A DNA stretch of 64,000 nt from Acidimicrobiales bacterium (GCA_049510975.1 JBEKYM010000008.1:22297-86296); one strand, 5' to 3'. Positions 21,368-32,512 are shown, numbered from the stretch's first letter. Made by a program: numbers and translations. Notes: a model not told the origin generated them from the letters alone.

Positions 21368-22702
21368 TCAACACGGATTCGAGTCGTCCGCCCGGACGTG
21401 CTCGTTCCCGTCGCTGAGCGCAACCCCGGCGGGGGACGATGCCAGCCAATCGTGCAGCTGCTCGTACACCGCCGGGTGATTGAGGAGGTCGAGGTGGTGG
21501 AGACCCCCGATGTGCCGGCCATGGCCGACCTCGAAGGGGATCGTCCTCCGCCGGCCTCGACCCGATGCGCTCGGGAAGCGGACGAGCAAGTCGCCGACGA
21601 GGGCGCCGAGTGGGTGTGTGCTGTCGTTCGTGACCGACACGCCGACGAAGTAGTAGGCGGCGCCGGCAAGAAACGGCACGTCGGTGCACGGGTCGTCCCA
21701 CAACCCCGCCGCCTCTTCACCAAGCCAGTCGTCCTCGACACAGGCGCCGAAACGCAGGTCCTTCACGCCGTCGCTGCGCGCCTTCAGGACCTTGGCGATC
21801 GGGCGCGTCTCGGGAAGGCGTCCCGCCAGCCGCGACGCCGCGTGCACGCCCTTCTCGAGCGGAGCGCCGAGGTGAGGGGTGCCCAGGCAGAACACGTGGG
21901 TGACCAGTCGCGTCCAGGGCCTGCCGTCGCGCTCCGCGTAGTGGCAGGCGCTGCGGGCCACGAGGCCCCCCATCGAGTGCCCGACGAGCACGATCTCGCC
22001 GACCGGCACCGGCCAGGCGGCGGCGAGAGCGTCGAGGAGGGCGGCGAGTTGGCGGCCGTTGTCGGAGACATGCAGCCCGGTGTTGTAACGGAGGAAGACC
22101 GGCGTGTAGCCGAGATCTCGTTGCAACATCGAACCGTAGGTGGCGGAGGTGTCGCCGTAGTGATCCGCTGCGTTCCGCCGCCATGACTCGTCGGTCTCGC
22201 AAAGCCCGTGCACGAAGACAGCCATCCGGCCCGACGCCCGGGGAAACGCCTCCTCCAGCGTCTCGGGCGTCATCGCTACCTCGCTCCCGTCCGTGACGAC
22301 CGCCATGTTGACGGACAGCTCCGGGTAGCTGCGGGCCATCGTGTCGCCCCAGAGGCCGTTGAGGGCCGCCACGATCTGCCGGCCGGCGGACGCCTCCGCC
22401 CACCCGGCGGTGTCGGTGCCAGTGCGGAGGGCGGTCAAGCCGGCGCCGACGCGCGGGATGAGCGCATGGGCGCCTTTGATGGCGCCGTAGGTCGCGCTCG
22501 ACACGGTGTCGTGCAGCAGCCGGACCGGATGGGCGGCGGTCCCCGTGACGGCGAAGGCGCGCCGGGCGATCGCTCGATGGACGTCCTCGACGAGGCCGAC
22601 ACCGCCGGCGAGGACGTCGCCGGTGAGTCGGCCGGCAGCTCGTATCTCGTCACCTCGGCCCATGTGCGGGTCCTCCTGACCGACGACCGACTGAGAAGCC
22701 AT
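21368..22702 (-). CDS. Alpha/beta hydrolase (PGAP1/lipase-like)
   Basis: FVHGL, LRYNTG, GHSMGG nucleophile elbow, LGTPHLGAPLE, GDLLV and HLDLLNH. Start is ATG 22702 or 22663. Confidence 0.8.
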   Translation of the reverse strand: MASQSVVGQEDPHMGRGDEIRAAGRLTGDVLAGGVGLVEDVHRAIARRAFAVTGTAAHPVRLLHDTVSSATYGAIKGAHALIPRVGAGLTALRTGTDTAGWAEASAGRQIVAALNGLWGDTMARSYPELSVNMAVVTDGSEVAMTPETLEEAFPRASGRMAVFVHGLCETDESWRRNAADHYGDTSATYGSMLQRDLGYTPVFLRYNTGLHVSDNGRQLAALLDALAAAWPVPVGEIVLVGHSMGGLVARSACHYAERDGRPWTRLVTHVFCLGTPHLGAPLEKGVHAASRLAGRLPETRPIAKVLKARSDGVKDLRFGACVEDDWLGEEAAGLWDDPCTDVPFLAGAAYYFVGVSVTNDSTHPLGALVGDLLVRFPSASGRGRRRTIPFEVGHGRHIGGLHHLDLLNHPAVYEQLHDWLASSPAGVALSDGNEHVRADDSNPC

Positions 22703-22791
22703 GAGCGGGCCGACTCTCACTTCAGCCCGCCGACGGCGTCTCTGGACCCTATCGCTCCGGGCTCTTCCGAGCCTGACTGCTGCGATTCCCG

Positions 22792-23784
22792 CTAGGGCGC
22801 GCTCGGCCGAGCACCGGCGAGGGCGCTGTCGTCGTCGGCGCCCAACAGGACGGCGTCGCCGGGGTGGAGATCGAGCACTCTGGCCGTCGCCCGGTCGAGC
22901 TGGGCGTAGGCGGCGGCGCCGTCTGCGAGCTCGAGCTCGATCCGGATTTCGAAGCCGAGCGTGACGACCCGCGTCACCGTTGCCGGGTGAGCCCCGGCAG
23001 GCGGGACAGGGTCGAGCTGGCCGGGGCGATAGATCACCACGTCGTGCGGTCGCACGAACTCGCCTCCGATGGCCGTGGCGGGCCCGACGAACGTCAGGAC
23101 GAATTCGTTGACGGGGTGGTCGTAGAGGTCCGAGGGCGTACCCACCTGCTCGAGGCGACCATGGTTGATCACCGCCAAGCGGTCGGCGACGTCCATCGCC
23201 TCCTCCTGGTCGTGGGTCACGAGCACGGTCGTGATGTGCACCTCGTCGTGAAGCCGTCGCAGCCAGGCCCGAAGCTCCTTTCGCACCTGGGCATCGAGCG
23301 CGCCGAACGGCTCGTCGAGGAGCAGGACCTTCGGTTCGACGGCGAGGGCTCTGGCGAGCGCCATGCGCTGGCGCTGGCCACCCGACAGCTGGGAGGGGTA
23401 GCGCTTGGCAAAGCCCTCCAAGCGGACGAGCTCGAGCAACTCCGCCACCCGCGCCTGCAGTTCCGGCTTCGGCCGCCGCCGGACCTTCAAGCCGAAGGCG
23501 ACGTTCTCCCAGACGGTCATGTGGCGAAACGGCGCATAGTGCTGGAAACAGAAGCCGATGCCGCGATCCTTCGGTGGCATGCCCGTGACGTCCGCGCCGT
23601 CGATGAGGATCTGCCCGGAGTCGGGGACCTCGAGGCCGGCGATGACGCGGAGCAATGTCGACTTCCCACCCCCGCTCGGCCCGAGCAGCGCCGTCAGGGA
23701 GCCGGCTGGGACCTCGAGGTCGACGCTGTCGAGAGCGACGGCGTCTCCGAAGGCTTTGGAGACTCCGCGGACTTGGATCGCCAT
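22792..23784 (-). CDS. cysA: Sulfate/thiosulfate ABC transporter ATP-binding protein
   Basis: [17 protein letters not shown] and [12 protein letters not shown]; TOBE-like C-terminus; GAAGGAG RBS; operon context. Confidence 0.9.
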   Translation of the reverse strand: MAIQVRGVSKAFGDAVALDSVDLEVPAGSLTALLGPSGGGKSTLLRVIAGLEVPDSGQILIDGADVTGMPPKDRGIGFCFQHYAPFRHMTVWENVAFGLKVRRRPKPELQARVAELLELVRLEGFAKRYPSQLSGGQRQRMALARALAVEPKVLLLDEPFGALDAQVRKELRAWLRRLHDEVHITTVLVTHDQEEAMDVADRLAVINHGRLEQVGTPSDLYDHPVNEFVLTFVGPATAIGGEFVRPHDVVIYRPGQLDPVPPAGAHPATVTRVVTLGFEIRIELELADGAAAYAQLDRATARVLDLHPGDAVLLGADDDSALAGARPSAP

Positions 23785-24662
23785 GGCGATGACTCCTTCG
23801 TCTTTCGGGATTTGGAGATGCTGAGCAGCCCGAGGATGAACAGCGAGATGAGGGCGAGGATGAGCGCCCCGAAATACCCGCCGGTCTGGTTGAAGTTGTT
23901 GAACTGGTTCGAGACGAACAACGTGAGGGTTTCTGTTCGGCCGACGATGTCGCCCGAGACGATGTTGACGGCACCGAACTCGCCGAGCACGCGGGCCGTC
24001 GTGAGCGTGATGCCGTAGGCGAGACCCCAGCGAATGGACGGCAACGTGATCCGCCACAGCGTCGTCAGGGGCCCCGCTCCGAGCGTTGCGGCCGCCTGCT
24101 CCTGCTCGGTCCCGATCTCTTGGAGCACGGGCAAGACCTCGCGAACGACGTAGGGGAGCGACACGAACATCGACGAGAGAACGATGCCGGGAACGCTGAA
24201 GATCACCTGGATGCCCCGCGCCGCCAGCCACGATCCGATCCATCCGGCGCGGCCGTAGACGAGGACGAGCGCCAATCCGACCACGACGGGCGAGACGGCG
24301 ACCGGGAGGTCGATGAACGCATCGAGCAGGCGGGCTCCGGGAAAGCGGTGGCGGGCGAGCAGGATGGCCGTGGCGACGCCGAAGATGGCGTTGAGGGGAA
24401 CGGCGATCGCCATGACGACGACGGTCAGGACGAGCGCATGGGTGAACTCGCTGCTCGGGGTGCCTCCGGGGGCCGTGAGGGCGCGCCAGGCGGTGACGAA
24501 GCCGTGCTCGAAGGTCCGGTAGACGATCGACCCGACGGGGACGGCGACGAGTGCCGCCAAATACACGATGGCGAAGAGTCGGAGCACCCACTTCGTCCCC
24601 GTACGTCGCCGGCGGGCGGTGGTTCCCGCCGGCCGCCGGGCGCGAAGCGAGGTGGCGCTCAC
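23694..24662 (-). CDS. cysW: Sulfate ABC transporter permease CysW
   Basis: [24 protein letters not shown] and [10 protein letters not shown]; GTG start overlaps the cysT stop (GTGA); C-terminus runs 91 nt into cysA. Confidence 0.88.
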   Translation of the reverse strand: MSATSLRARRPAGTTARRRRTGTKWVLRLFAIVYLAALVAVPVGSIVYRTFEHGFVTAWRALTAPGGTPSSEFTHALVLTVVVMAIAVPLNAIFGVATAILLARHRFPGARLLDAFIDLPVAVSPVVVGLALVLVYGRAGWIGSWLAARGIQVIFSVPGIVLSSMFVSLPYVVREVLPVLQEIGTEQEQAAATLGAGPLTTLWRITLPSIRWGLAYGITLTTARVLGEFGAVNIVSGDIVGRTETLTLFVSNQFNNFNQTGGYFGALILALISLFILGLLSISKSRKTKESSPWRSKSAESPKPSETPSLSTASTSRSQPAP

Positions 24663-25576
24663 GGCGACACCTCGTCGCGGAGCAGGTGCCGCCGGACCCC
24701 GCCGAGGATCAGCAGGACGGCGAGCGACATGACGAGGAGCACGAGCGAGACGGCGGCCGCCGGCTGGTAGTTGTTGCCGGTCTCGTACAGGTCGAAGATC
24801 CGGATCGAAGCCACCTGCAGGTCGCCGGCGATGAGCACGAGCGAGCCGTACTCGCCGAGCGCTCGGGCGAAGCCCAGGGCGGCCCCGCTCAGCATCGCCG
24901 GCCCGAGGCTCGGCAGGATCACGCGTCGCAAGACGGTGAAGGAGCTGGCGCCGAGCGAGGCAGCCGCCTCCTCGGCGTCGCGGTCGAGCTCGGCGAGCAC
25001 CGGTTGGACCGATCTCACCGAGAACGGGAGGGTCACGAATGCCAGCGCCACCCAGATCCCGATGCGGGTGCCGGAGATGTTGACGTGGAACGGGCTGTCG
25101 GGTCCGTAGAGGCTGAGCAGGGTGAGTCCGGCGACGACCGTCGGCAGGGCGAAAGGCAGGTCGATGATGGCCGACAGCAGCGCCTTGCCCGGGAACTCGT
25201 CGCGTACCAGCACCCAGGCGATCATCGTGCCGGCAACGGTGTTGACGACGACGACGACGAGCGCACTGATGAACGTGAGCTCGAGTGCCTGCTCGCTCAG
25301 TCGTTGCGTGATCACTGCGGTGAAGGCGCTCCATCCACCGTTGAAGGCCTGACTGGCGACGGCGGCGATCGGGATGAGCACGAGCAGGCTGAGGTACGTC
25401 GTGACGAGGCTGGGGGCAACGGATCGGCCGGCATGCCGGCCGATCCGGCGCCCGAGACTTGCGCCGGGACCCGAGCCCCCGACGCCCTTCGGTTTCCGAT
25501 CGTTGGCGGGTGATCGATCCCCGGTGCGTTCGGCGCCGTCGGGTCGCTCGGCGGCCGGCGAGGCGACGACCGTCAC
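24659..25576 (-). CDS. cysT: Sulfate ABC transporter permease CysT
   Basis: [33 protein letters not shown] and [10 protein letters not shown]. Confidence 0.9.
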   Translation of the reverse strand: MTVVASPAAERPDGAERTGDRSPANDRKPKGVGGSGPGASLGRRIGRHAGRSVAPSLVTTYLSLLVLIPIAAVASQAFNGGWSAFTAVITQRLSEQALELTFISALVVVVVNTVAGTMIAWVLVRDEFPGKALLSAIIDLPFALPTVVAGLTLLSLYGPDSPFHVNISGTRIGIWVALAFVTLPFSVRSVQPVLAELDRDAEEAAASLGASSFTVLRRVILPSLGPAMLSGAALGFARALGEYGSLVLIAGDLQVASIRIFDLYETGNNYQPAAAVSLVLLVMSLAVLLILGGVRRHLLRDEVSP

Positions 25577-25630
25577 TACAGCCTGCGCTCGCCCACGTCT
25601 GGGCGGTCCTCACTCACCGATCAGCTCGGT

Positions 25631-26734
25631 TCAACTCGACGTGCTGACGCCGATGCCCGACTCGATCTTGGTGATGATCCCGTTCGTCGTGTCGAAGAAC
25701 TTCGACTCCACGGACGTCCAACCGCCGAGCGAGTCGATCGTGAACAGCTGGGCGGGCGTCTGGAACGTGACGCCGGCGGCTGCGGCTGCTGAGCTGACGA
25801 CGGGCCGGTAGCCCTCCTTGGCCCACAGCTCCTGGCCGGCCGACGACAGCAGGAAGTTGACGAAGGCTTGCGCCTGGGCGAGGTGCTGGGAGCCCTTCAG
25901 GACGGCGATCGGGTTCTGGATGAGGATCGTCTGGGCGGGCTCGACATACTGCACGGGGTCGCCATGGCGCACCGCTGCGATTGCGTCGTCCTCATAGTCG
26001 AGCAGCACGTCCCCCGTGCCCGCCTCGAATGCAGCCAAGGCGTCACTGGCGCTGGCGGGCTGGGAGACCGTGTTCTTCAACAGCGCCTGCAGGTAGGCGT
26101 CTGCCTGTGCCGGTGACTTGCCGAGCTTCAGCTGAGCGCCGTAGGCCGCCATCAGGTTCCATCGGGCGCTGCCGGAGCTGAAGGGGTTCGGCGTCACGAC
26201 CTTCACCCCCGGCTTGATCAGATCCGCCCAGGTCGTGATGTGCTTCGGGTTGCCCTTGCGCACGACGAACACGACCGTCGAGTCCGTCACCATGCCCTGA
26301 GCCGGCCCGACGGTGTCCCACGAGGACGACACGAGGCCGGCGCTCACGAGCTTGTTCATATCGGGCGTCAAGGAGAAATTGACGACGTCGGCGGGAAGGC
26401 CGGCGATCACGCTCTTCGCTTGCTGGCCGGAGGCGCCGAAGGACGTCGTGAACGAGACGTGCTTGCCGGCCGGCGTGGCCTGGAAGGCGGCGATGAGCTT
26501 CGCGTAGGCGCTCTTCGGCGTCGAGTAGGCGACGAGGTTGAGGGTGACCGACCCGCCGCTCCCGGCGCCCGACGACGAGGAGCCGCAAGCTGCTGAGGCG
26601 CAGGCCACTCCCGCAACGGCCAGCAATCTCAGCGCCCGAGGCCAGCGGAAGCTCCGAGACCGGCTGAGCGCGGCCGATTGCGGGCCGACAGCGGTCCGAC
26701 GAGCGCGACGAATGCGGAGAAGCTGAGAGGACAT
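25631..26734 (-). CDS. sbp: Sulfate ABC transporter substrate-binding lipoprotein (Sbp/SubI)
   Basis: LVAYST, SFGASG, VRKGNPKHITTWADL, TPNPFSSGSARWN and GDVLLDYE; lipobox SAAC. Confidence 0.9.
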   Translation of the reverse strand: MSSQLLRIRRARRTAVGPQSAALSRSRSFRWPRALRLLAVAGVACASAACGSSSSGAGSGGSVTLNLVAYSTPKSAYAKLIAAFQATPAGKHVSFTTSFGASGQQAKSVIAGLPADVVNFSLTPDMNKLVSAGLVSSSWDTVGPAQGMVTDSTVVFVVRKGNPKHITTWADLIKPGVKVVTPNPFSSGSARWNLMAAYGAQLKLGKSPAQADAYLQALLKNTVSQPASASDALAAFEAGTGDVLLDYEDDAIAAVRHGDPVQYVEPAQTILIQNPIAVLKGSQHLAQAQAFVNFLLSSAGQELWAKEGYRPVVSSAAAAAGVTFQTPAQLFTIDSLGGWTSVESKFFDTTNGIITKIESGIGVSTSS

Positions 26735-26864
26735 GAACAAATTCTAGCAAGTTACTGGTTTCGAGTCTGCGCATCGCAACGCTGCTCTCTCGCGGTTTGA
26801 GCAAATCCCGTGCTTCGATCACTCCGCCATCAACGGGCACGCACCCGGCCCGAGCAGGACGCAA

Positions 26865-27512
26865 CTACGGATCGAGCGGTTCTGCAAGGAGCTCGCCGAC
26901 CAGCAGACGAGCCGAAACCACGTTGCCCGGCGGGGCGAGCGGGCACACCCAGTTCGAGTCGTAGGCGCACGATGGGTTGTAGGCGAAGTTCAGGTCGATG
27001 ACGAGGTGCCTGTCGTCGCCACCGAGGTCGGCTCCCTTGGCCGAATCGATGAGGTAACGGCCGCCTCCGTAGGTGCTGACGGCGGCGCCGGCGTCCTTGA
27101 TCGGCACGAACAGGCCGCCCGAGTACGACAGCAGCCACCACACATCGAGGTTGCCGATCCCCGGCAGGTGGACGACCCCCAGGCGCTCGAACAGCATCGG
27201 GGTCCCGGAACTGGCGGGCATCTCGATGCGGGTCCGGGCGACATCGGAGTCGACTGGCACGATGAAGCGCAGCTCGGGGTCATACGGGGCGACACGGAGC
27301 CGGAACGCCTCGCGCTGGTGGCGAGGCACCGGCGACTGGCGATGCGTGGTGTAGAGGCGGTTGCGCTCCTCCTGCCATCTTGCGTGTGCATCGACCGGCG
27401 AGGCTGCGGCGCGGATCTCGCCGTAGAGGGCGGCGATCCGCCGCCGCCAGTCGAGCAGCGAGAGTACGTCCTCGGCGCCGTCGGCAGAGTGAGCAGGCTC
27501 TCGCGTGACCAT
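26865..27512 (-). CDS. DUF1684 domain protein
   Basis: LLDWRRR, TYGGGRYL and DLNFAYNPSCAY...CPLAPPGN. Confidence 0.85.
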   Translation of the reverse strand: MVTREPAHSADGAEDVLSLLDWRRRIAALYGEIRAAASPVDAHARWQEERNRLYTTHRQSPVPRHQREAFRLRVAPYDPELRFIVPVDSDVARTRIEMPASSGTPMLFERLGVVHLPGIGNLDVWWLLSYSGGLFVPIKDAGAAVSTYGGGRYLIDSAKGADLGGDDRHLVIDLNFAYNPSCAYDSNWVCPLAPPGNVVSARLLVGELLAEPLDP

Positions 27513-27592
27513 GGCTCGAAGGGTAGATGTTTGCGGCCGCTGCCCTCTCCTGGGTGGCGTGGTGCGGGCGGCCGTCGGGGCGAGGCCTCGGG

Positions 27593-29542
27593 TTACTTCG
27601 CTGCTCCGAGCGAGTCGAGGAACTTCGCCACGATCGGACCGTCGGTCGGACCACCGTCTCCCGGCGCGTCGACGTCGATCATCGCAAAGGCGATGTTGCC
27701 GTTGAAGCCGGCCAGCCAGGCGTCGAGCGAGAGCGGCGTGCTCGTCCCGTACTCGGCCGTGCCGGTCTTGGCGTACGTGCCGGGCGGGAGGCCGGTGCCG
27801 GCGGCCGTGCCGTTCTCGACGACCGAGAGCATCATCTCGTGCAGGTCGCTCACGAGATTGCCCGGCAGTTGCGAGGTGGGTGCGTGCTCGCTGGGCGCAC
27901 CGTCGGCGATCCAAGGAAGGCGAACGGTGCCGGTGTCGAGATCCGCCGCCACCATGGCGAGGTCGAGCGGGCTGAGCACGACGCGGGCCTGGCCGATGGC
28001 GCTGGCGGCAAGGTCGGTCTGCCCGTCGTTCACCGGCACGCTTCCCGTGAACACCGGCAACCCCGGGTTCCACTTGCCACCGATGCCGTAGAGCGAGGCG
28101 GCCTCGTGGAGGCTCGTGTAGTTGAGATTGGCCATCGTGAGCCCGATGAACGCCGTGTTGCACGAGACGGTGAAGGCTGCCAGCAAGTTGGGCACCGGCC
28201 CCTCGCTCGCCTCGGCGTTGTGGAGGTTCTCGCCGTCCACGTTGATGACCGCAGGACACGTCGCCGGCGACTCGGGTGTGAGGCCCTTTTCGATCAACGC
28301 CGTGCTCGTGATCATCTTCATCGTCGATCCCGGCGGCTGCTCGCCTTCGAGGGCGAGGTCGCTTCCCTGCGACGTGTTGGCTGCGGCGACGATCTGGCCG
28401 GTGCCGGCGTCGATGGCCACGAGCGCTGCCTCGTTCGGAGCCGTGGCGAGAGCGTCGGCGGCGTCCTGCTCGATCGTGAGGTCGATCGTCGTCCGCACCG
28501 GGACGCCGGCCTTCGCAGGAAACACCGCAAGGCGCCGGCCGACCTTGCCGCTGGGGCTGACGACCGAGATGACGGCGCCAGGAGTTCCTGCCAGCTGGCG
28601 CTCGTGAGCTTGCTCGATGCCTCCCTGGCCGACGACGCTCGCCGAAGTGTAGGGAGGGCCGAGATGTTTGAGCTCCGGTGCGGTGATCGCACCGAGCGAG
28701 CCGACGACACCGACGAGCGGCGCCGGCGTGGACGACTGCACTCCGCCGATGGCGTGGAAGAACACACCGGGGACGGGGTAGAGGCTGGCGCGCAGCTGCT
28801 CGTAGCGCACCCAGCTGACGGAGAAGACACTCTCGAAGATGTCTGGGTCCGCCGTCGCCGCTGCGATGGCGGAGCGCACGTCTCCTGCCGGCGCGCCCGC
28901 CGCCACGAGAGCTCGCGTGAGCGAGGAGACGTCCTTCACGTACTTGCCGTAGAGGCCGATGACCACTGACGTCGGTACCGACGGCGAGATCGCCGTACCG
29001 TCGGCAGCCAGTACGGGCGCCCGCGGTGGCCAGGTGAAGCGGACGGCGAAGTGCCCGCTCTTGCCCAGCGCCGGATCCATCGTCGCCGGCGACCAGACGA
29101 CCTTCCAGTGATCGTGCAGCAGGGACAGCTGCACGGTCGTATGGATCGTCCAGGAGCCGAGGACGTGAAGCTCGAGCGACTCGGTGACCGAGGCGGTCGC
29201 CCGTGCGCCCGTCGTCTGGTCGTTCGCGATGCGGAACGACTCCGAGACGGCCCCGAGGGCTCGCAGGGCGGCGGCGTTCGCCGTGGCGAAGCCGGCGGGC
29301 GGACTCTTGACGAGGTCTGCCATGGCCGACCAGGAGTGCTTGGACCAGTCGGCGAGGAACGCCGAGAGCGTGGCTGCGGGCTTCGGCGGGGGAGGGGTGT
29401 CGAAGGAGCTGCATCCCGCCAGCGCCGTGAGGGCGAGCGTTGCCACCGACAGCAGCACCGTGGCCGATCGGGTCGATCCGCCACGGCACCGTCGCCAGGC
29501 CAGGCCCGGGCAGCGCACCGACAGCTGCGGGTCGGTGCGCAC
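27593..29542 (-). CDS. Penicillin-binding transpeptidase with NTF2-like (MecA_N) N-terminal domain, lipoprotein
   Basis: Active-site motifs STMK, SCN and KTG; lipobox LAGC; start uncertain. Confidence 0.88.
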   Translation of the reverse strand: MRTDPQLSVRCPGLAWRRCRGGSTRSATVLLSVATLALTALAGCSSFDTPPPPKPAATLSAFLADWSKHSWSAMADLVKSPPAGFATANAAALRALGAVSESFRIANDQTTGARATASVTESLELHVLGSWTIHTTVQLSLLHDHWKVVWSPATMDPALGKSGHFAVRFTWPPRAPVLAADGTAISPSVPTSVVIGLYGKYVKDVSSLTRALVAAGAPAGDVRSAIAAATADPDIFESVFSVSWVRYEQLRASLYPVPGVFFHAIGGVQSSTPAPLVGVVGSLGAITAPELKHLGPPYTSASVVGQGGIEQAHERQLAGTPGAVISVVSPSGKVGRRLAVFPAKAGVPVRTTIDLTIEQDAADALATAPNEAALVAIDAGTGQIVAAANTSQGSDLALEGEQPPGSTMKMITSTALIEKGLTPESPATCPAVINVDGENLHNAEASEGPVPNLLAAFTVSCNTAFIGLTMANLNYTSLHEAASLYGIGGKWNPGLPVFTGSVPVNDGQTDLAASAIGQARVVLSPLDLAMVAADLDTGTVRLPWIADGAPSEHAPTSQLPGNLVSDLHEMMLSVVENGTAAGTGLPPGTYAKTGTAEYGTSTPLSLDAWLAGFNGNIAFAMIDVDAPGDGGPTDGPIVAKFLDSLGAAK

Positions 29543-29596
29543 CTCCGTGATGCTACGACGGCCTCTCGGCTCGAACTCGTCGCTCCGGCAGGGTCC

Positions 29597-30466
29597 TCAT
29601 GGTCCCGCGGCGTCCTCCGGCGGGGCCGATCCCACCGATCGGGCCGGCAGTTGCAGGCTCGTGAGATCATCGCCGAGCACGATGGCGCCGCCGAAATGGG
29701 CGGCGGCACGCGTCCGCCATTCCGCCTCGGCGCCGCTCTGCAGTGGCGGCACGTAATGGGTGAGGACGAGCGTTCCGACCTGCGCTCGCGACGCCGTCTG
29801 GGCTGCCTGCTCGACCGTGGAGTGATAGTCGAGGATGTCCTGAAGCCGTGGGTTCGGAATGGCGCGGACGAGATCGTCGCGGATGACCGTCTGCACGTAG
29901 GCATCGGCGCGGCGGCACAGCTCGGTGAGCTCGTCGCAGGGGACCCCGTCGCCGGCTGCCACGACGCTTCGATCGCCGTCGTCGATGCGATAGGCCAGCG
30001 AGGCCTCGACCGGCCGATGGTCGGTTCGGCCCACCGTCACCGTCGCTGTTCCCGCCTCGAACCGCTCGCCGGGGGCGACTTCGACGACATCCACGTTCGG
30101 CCGCCACGTGAGGTCGTCATGGTGCGCCAGGCGGTAGTCGATGTCCGGTCCGAGGGCGGCGAGCGTGCCGGCCACGACCTCGCCGACGCGCGGCGGCCCG
30201 AAGATACGGAGCGGCCGGTGCTCCGGAGCCATGATCCAATGTGTCGTGATGAGGTCGTTCAGGTCCGTGAGGTGATCGCTGTGGAGGTGCGTGATGGCCA
30301 CGGCGTCGAGCATCATCGGCAGCACACCGGCGGCCGCCAGGCGCATGACGACGCCGCGGCCGCAGTCGACGAGCACGCAGGTGCCGTCGCTTTGCACCAG
30401 CGTCGCCGGCCCGGCGCGGTTGGGATCGGGCAGAGGGCTTCCCGTGCCGAGCAGGGTGATGATCAC
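29597..30466 (-). CDS. RNase Z/AtsA-like MBL-fold hydrolase
   Basis: LLGTGSP, DCG, THLHSDH, AGD and LVLTHYVP. Confidence 0.82.
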   Translation of the reverse strand: MIITLLGTGSPLPDPNRAGPATLVQSDGTCVLVDCGRGVVMRLAAAGVLPMMLDAVAITHLHSDHLTDLNDLITTHWIMAPEHRPLRIFGPPRVGEVVAGTLAALGPDIDYRLAHHDDLTWRPNVDVVEVAPGERFEAGTATVTVGRTDHRPVEASLAYRIDDGDRSVVAAGDGVPCDELTELCRRADAYVQTVIRDDLVRAIPNPRLQDILDYHSTVEQAAQTASRAQVGTLVLTHYVPPLQSGAEAEWRTRAAAHFGGAIVLGDDLTSLQLPARSVGSAPPEDAAGP

Positions 30467-30480
30467 CGGCGAGGCGTCGT

Positions 30481-30921
30481 TCAGCTCGTCGGTTTCATCG
30501 ACTCGAGGGTCGCTGCCATCTGGCGGTGGACGAGGTTCACGGCCTGGAGCGGCCGGATCATCACACGGAACTCGACGATGCGACCTTTGCCGTCACACAC
30601 GATGATGTCGACGCCGTTGACGTAGGTTCCCTCGATGGTGGTCTCGAATTCGAGCACGGCCGTGTCGCCGGACATCACCTGCTTGGTGTAGCGAAACCCG
30701 CCCGAGCTCGCCGCACCCGTCCCGACAGAGCCGGCTGGCTCGTCGCCCGGCAAGGTCTGGCCGGCTGCCTCGAGGTAGAGCTTGGTGACGGCCTTGCCCC
30801 GTTGCGGTGTGTACACGACGGGTGAGTAGAAGACGACGTCGTCGTGCAGCAGCTCGTCGAGGCCGCCGGGAAGCTCCCCCTTCAAGTAGTGGAACCACTG
30901 GCGCATCGTCTGCTCGATCAT
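30481..30921 (-). CDS. NTF2/SnoaL-like protein
   Basis: LLHDDVVFYSPVV, LEFET, VNGVD and FRVMIRPL; GGAG-like RBS before ATG 30921. Confidence 0.8.
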   Translation of the reverse strand: MIEQTMRQWFHYLKGELPGGLDELLHDDVVFYSPVVYTPQRGKAVTKLYLEAAGQTLPGDEPAGSVGTGAASSGGFRYTKQVMSGDTAVLEFETTIEGTYVNGVDIIVCDGKGRIVEFRVMIRPLQAVNLVHRQMAATLESMKPTS

Positions 30922-31087
30922 CTCGCCTGCTCTTCGGGTCGCGGCTGTCGAGTCGAACCGTACTCGCCGAGGCGATGCGGCGGTCCCCGCAGGGATCTGT
31001 GACGTTCGCCCCTGGTGCGCCCGCCACCGCCGGCGCACAGTGATGGGGGGCGAGGCATGAGCCCGCCCATGGAGCAAGGAGGCCCGG

Positions 31088-32512
31088 ATGGACATCTTCA
31101 TGCGGGACAGCGATGCCTTCTCCTGGTACATGGAGAGGGATCCGATCTTGCGGTCGACCGTCGTCGCCATCGCATGGTTGGAGAAGAGCCCAGATTGGGA
31201 CGATCTCGTGTCGCGAGTCGATCAGGCGACCCGGCTCATCCCGATGTTCCGTCAGCGGGTCCTCGAGCCGCCCGGCCGGCTGGCGACTCCCAGGTGGACC
31301 TTCGACCACGACTTCGATCTGAGCTGGCACGTCCGGCGGATCGAGGCGCCGTCGCCGCACACCGCCGACACCGTCGTCGAGTTCGCCCGTCAAGAGGCGA
31401 TGTCGGCCTTCGACCGCTCGCGTCCACTGTGGAGCTTCACGCTCATCGAGCAACTCGAAGACGGGCGCGCCGCCTTCGTCATGAAGCTCCATCACTCACT
31501 GACCGATGGCATCGGCGGCATGCAGCTCGCCCTCTTGCTGTTCGATGTCGAGCCGGCCGCCGCTCGCTCAGCGGTGTTGGCCGATGTTCCCGTCGCCGAG
31601 GAGCTCGACACCGCTCATCTCGTACGCGAGAGCCTCAGCTGGGGGATGACTCGCGTCTCGGGGTTCGTCAGCGAACGGGCGTGGACGGCGATCCCGGCAG
31701 CCGTGCACGTGGCCGGCTGGCCGCTGCGCAGCGCCGCGGCCGCACTCGATGCCGCCGGATCGGTCGCCCGAACCGTGGCACCGGTGCGCCAGACGCTGTC
31801 CCCGATCATGCAGGGCCGAGGACTGAGACGGCAGCTCGACCTGCTCGAAGTCGACCTCGGCGACCTGAAGCGAGCTGCTGCCACGGTCGGCGGCACCGTC
31901 AACGACGGGTTCATGGCAGGCGTGACCGGCGGTCTTCGCCGGTACCACGAGCACCATGGCGCCACCGTCGGCAACCTCCGCGTGACACTTCCGATCAGCA
32001 TCCGGACCCGCGACGACCCCCTCGGAGGCAACCGGATCACGCTCATGCGCTTCGCCGTGCCTGTCGCCGACAGCGACCCTGCCACCCGTATCCCCGAGAT
32101 CGGACGACTTTGTCGCCGCGCCCAACGGGAGCGCTCGCTCGAGTTCACCAATGCGATCGCCGGCTCCCTCAACTTGCTGCCGCGCTCGGTCGTCGGCGCC
32201 ATGTTGAAGCACGTCGACTTCCTCGCGAGCAACGTGCCCGGGTTCGCCTTCCCCATCTATCTCGGGGGATCGCGCGTGGAGCGCTACACCGCCTTCGGCC
32301 CGACCATCGGGGCTTCGGTCAACCTGACCCTGCTGTCCTACGACGGCACGTGCTGCATCGGCGTCACCCTCGACAGTGCGGCGGTGCCCGATCGGGAAGT
32401 GTTCCTCGCGTGCTTGTCGGAAGGCTTCGAAGAGGTGCTTGCACTCGGCGGCGACCACGCCGCCCCCCGCATGCCGCTGCACGCGCCGGCAATGGCCGGC
32501 CAGAGGAGATGA
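31088..32512 (+). CDS. Wax ester synthase/diacylglycerol acyltransferase (WS/DGAT)
   Basis: HHSLTDG catalytic motif; RPLW, TVND and SNVPG; AAGGAGG RBS. Confidence 0.9.
   Translation: MDIFMRDSDAFSWYMERDPILRSTVVAIAWLEKSPDWDDLVSRVDQATRLIPMFRQRVLEPPGRLATPRWTFDHDFDLSWHVRRIEAPSPHTADTVVEFARQEAMSAFDRSRPLWSFTLIEQLEDGRAAFVMKLHHSLTDGIGGMQLALLLFDVEPAAARSAVLADVPVAEELDTAHLVRESLSWGMTRVSGFVSERAWTAIPAAVHVAGWPLRSAAAALDAAGSVARTVAPVRQTLSPIMQGRGLRRQLDLLEVDLGDLKRAAATVGGTVNDGFMAGVTGGLRRYHEHHGATVGNLRVTLPISIRTRDDPLGGNRITLMRFAVPVADSDPATRIPEIGRLCRRAQRERSLEFTNAIAGSLNLLPRSVVGAMLKHVDFLASNVPGFAFPIYLGGSRVERYTAFGPTIGASVNLTLLSYDGTCCIGVTLDSAAVPDREVFLACLSEGFEEVLALGGDHAAPRMPLHAPAMAGQRR

Noticed and set aside
21368-25613. Apparent long fusion ORFs (868, 599 and 639 aa)
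   Set aside because: The N-terminal extensions are off-frame reads of neighbouring cys genes. Real starts are 22702, 23784 and 24662.
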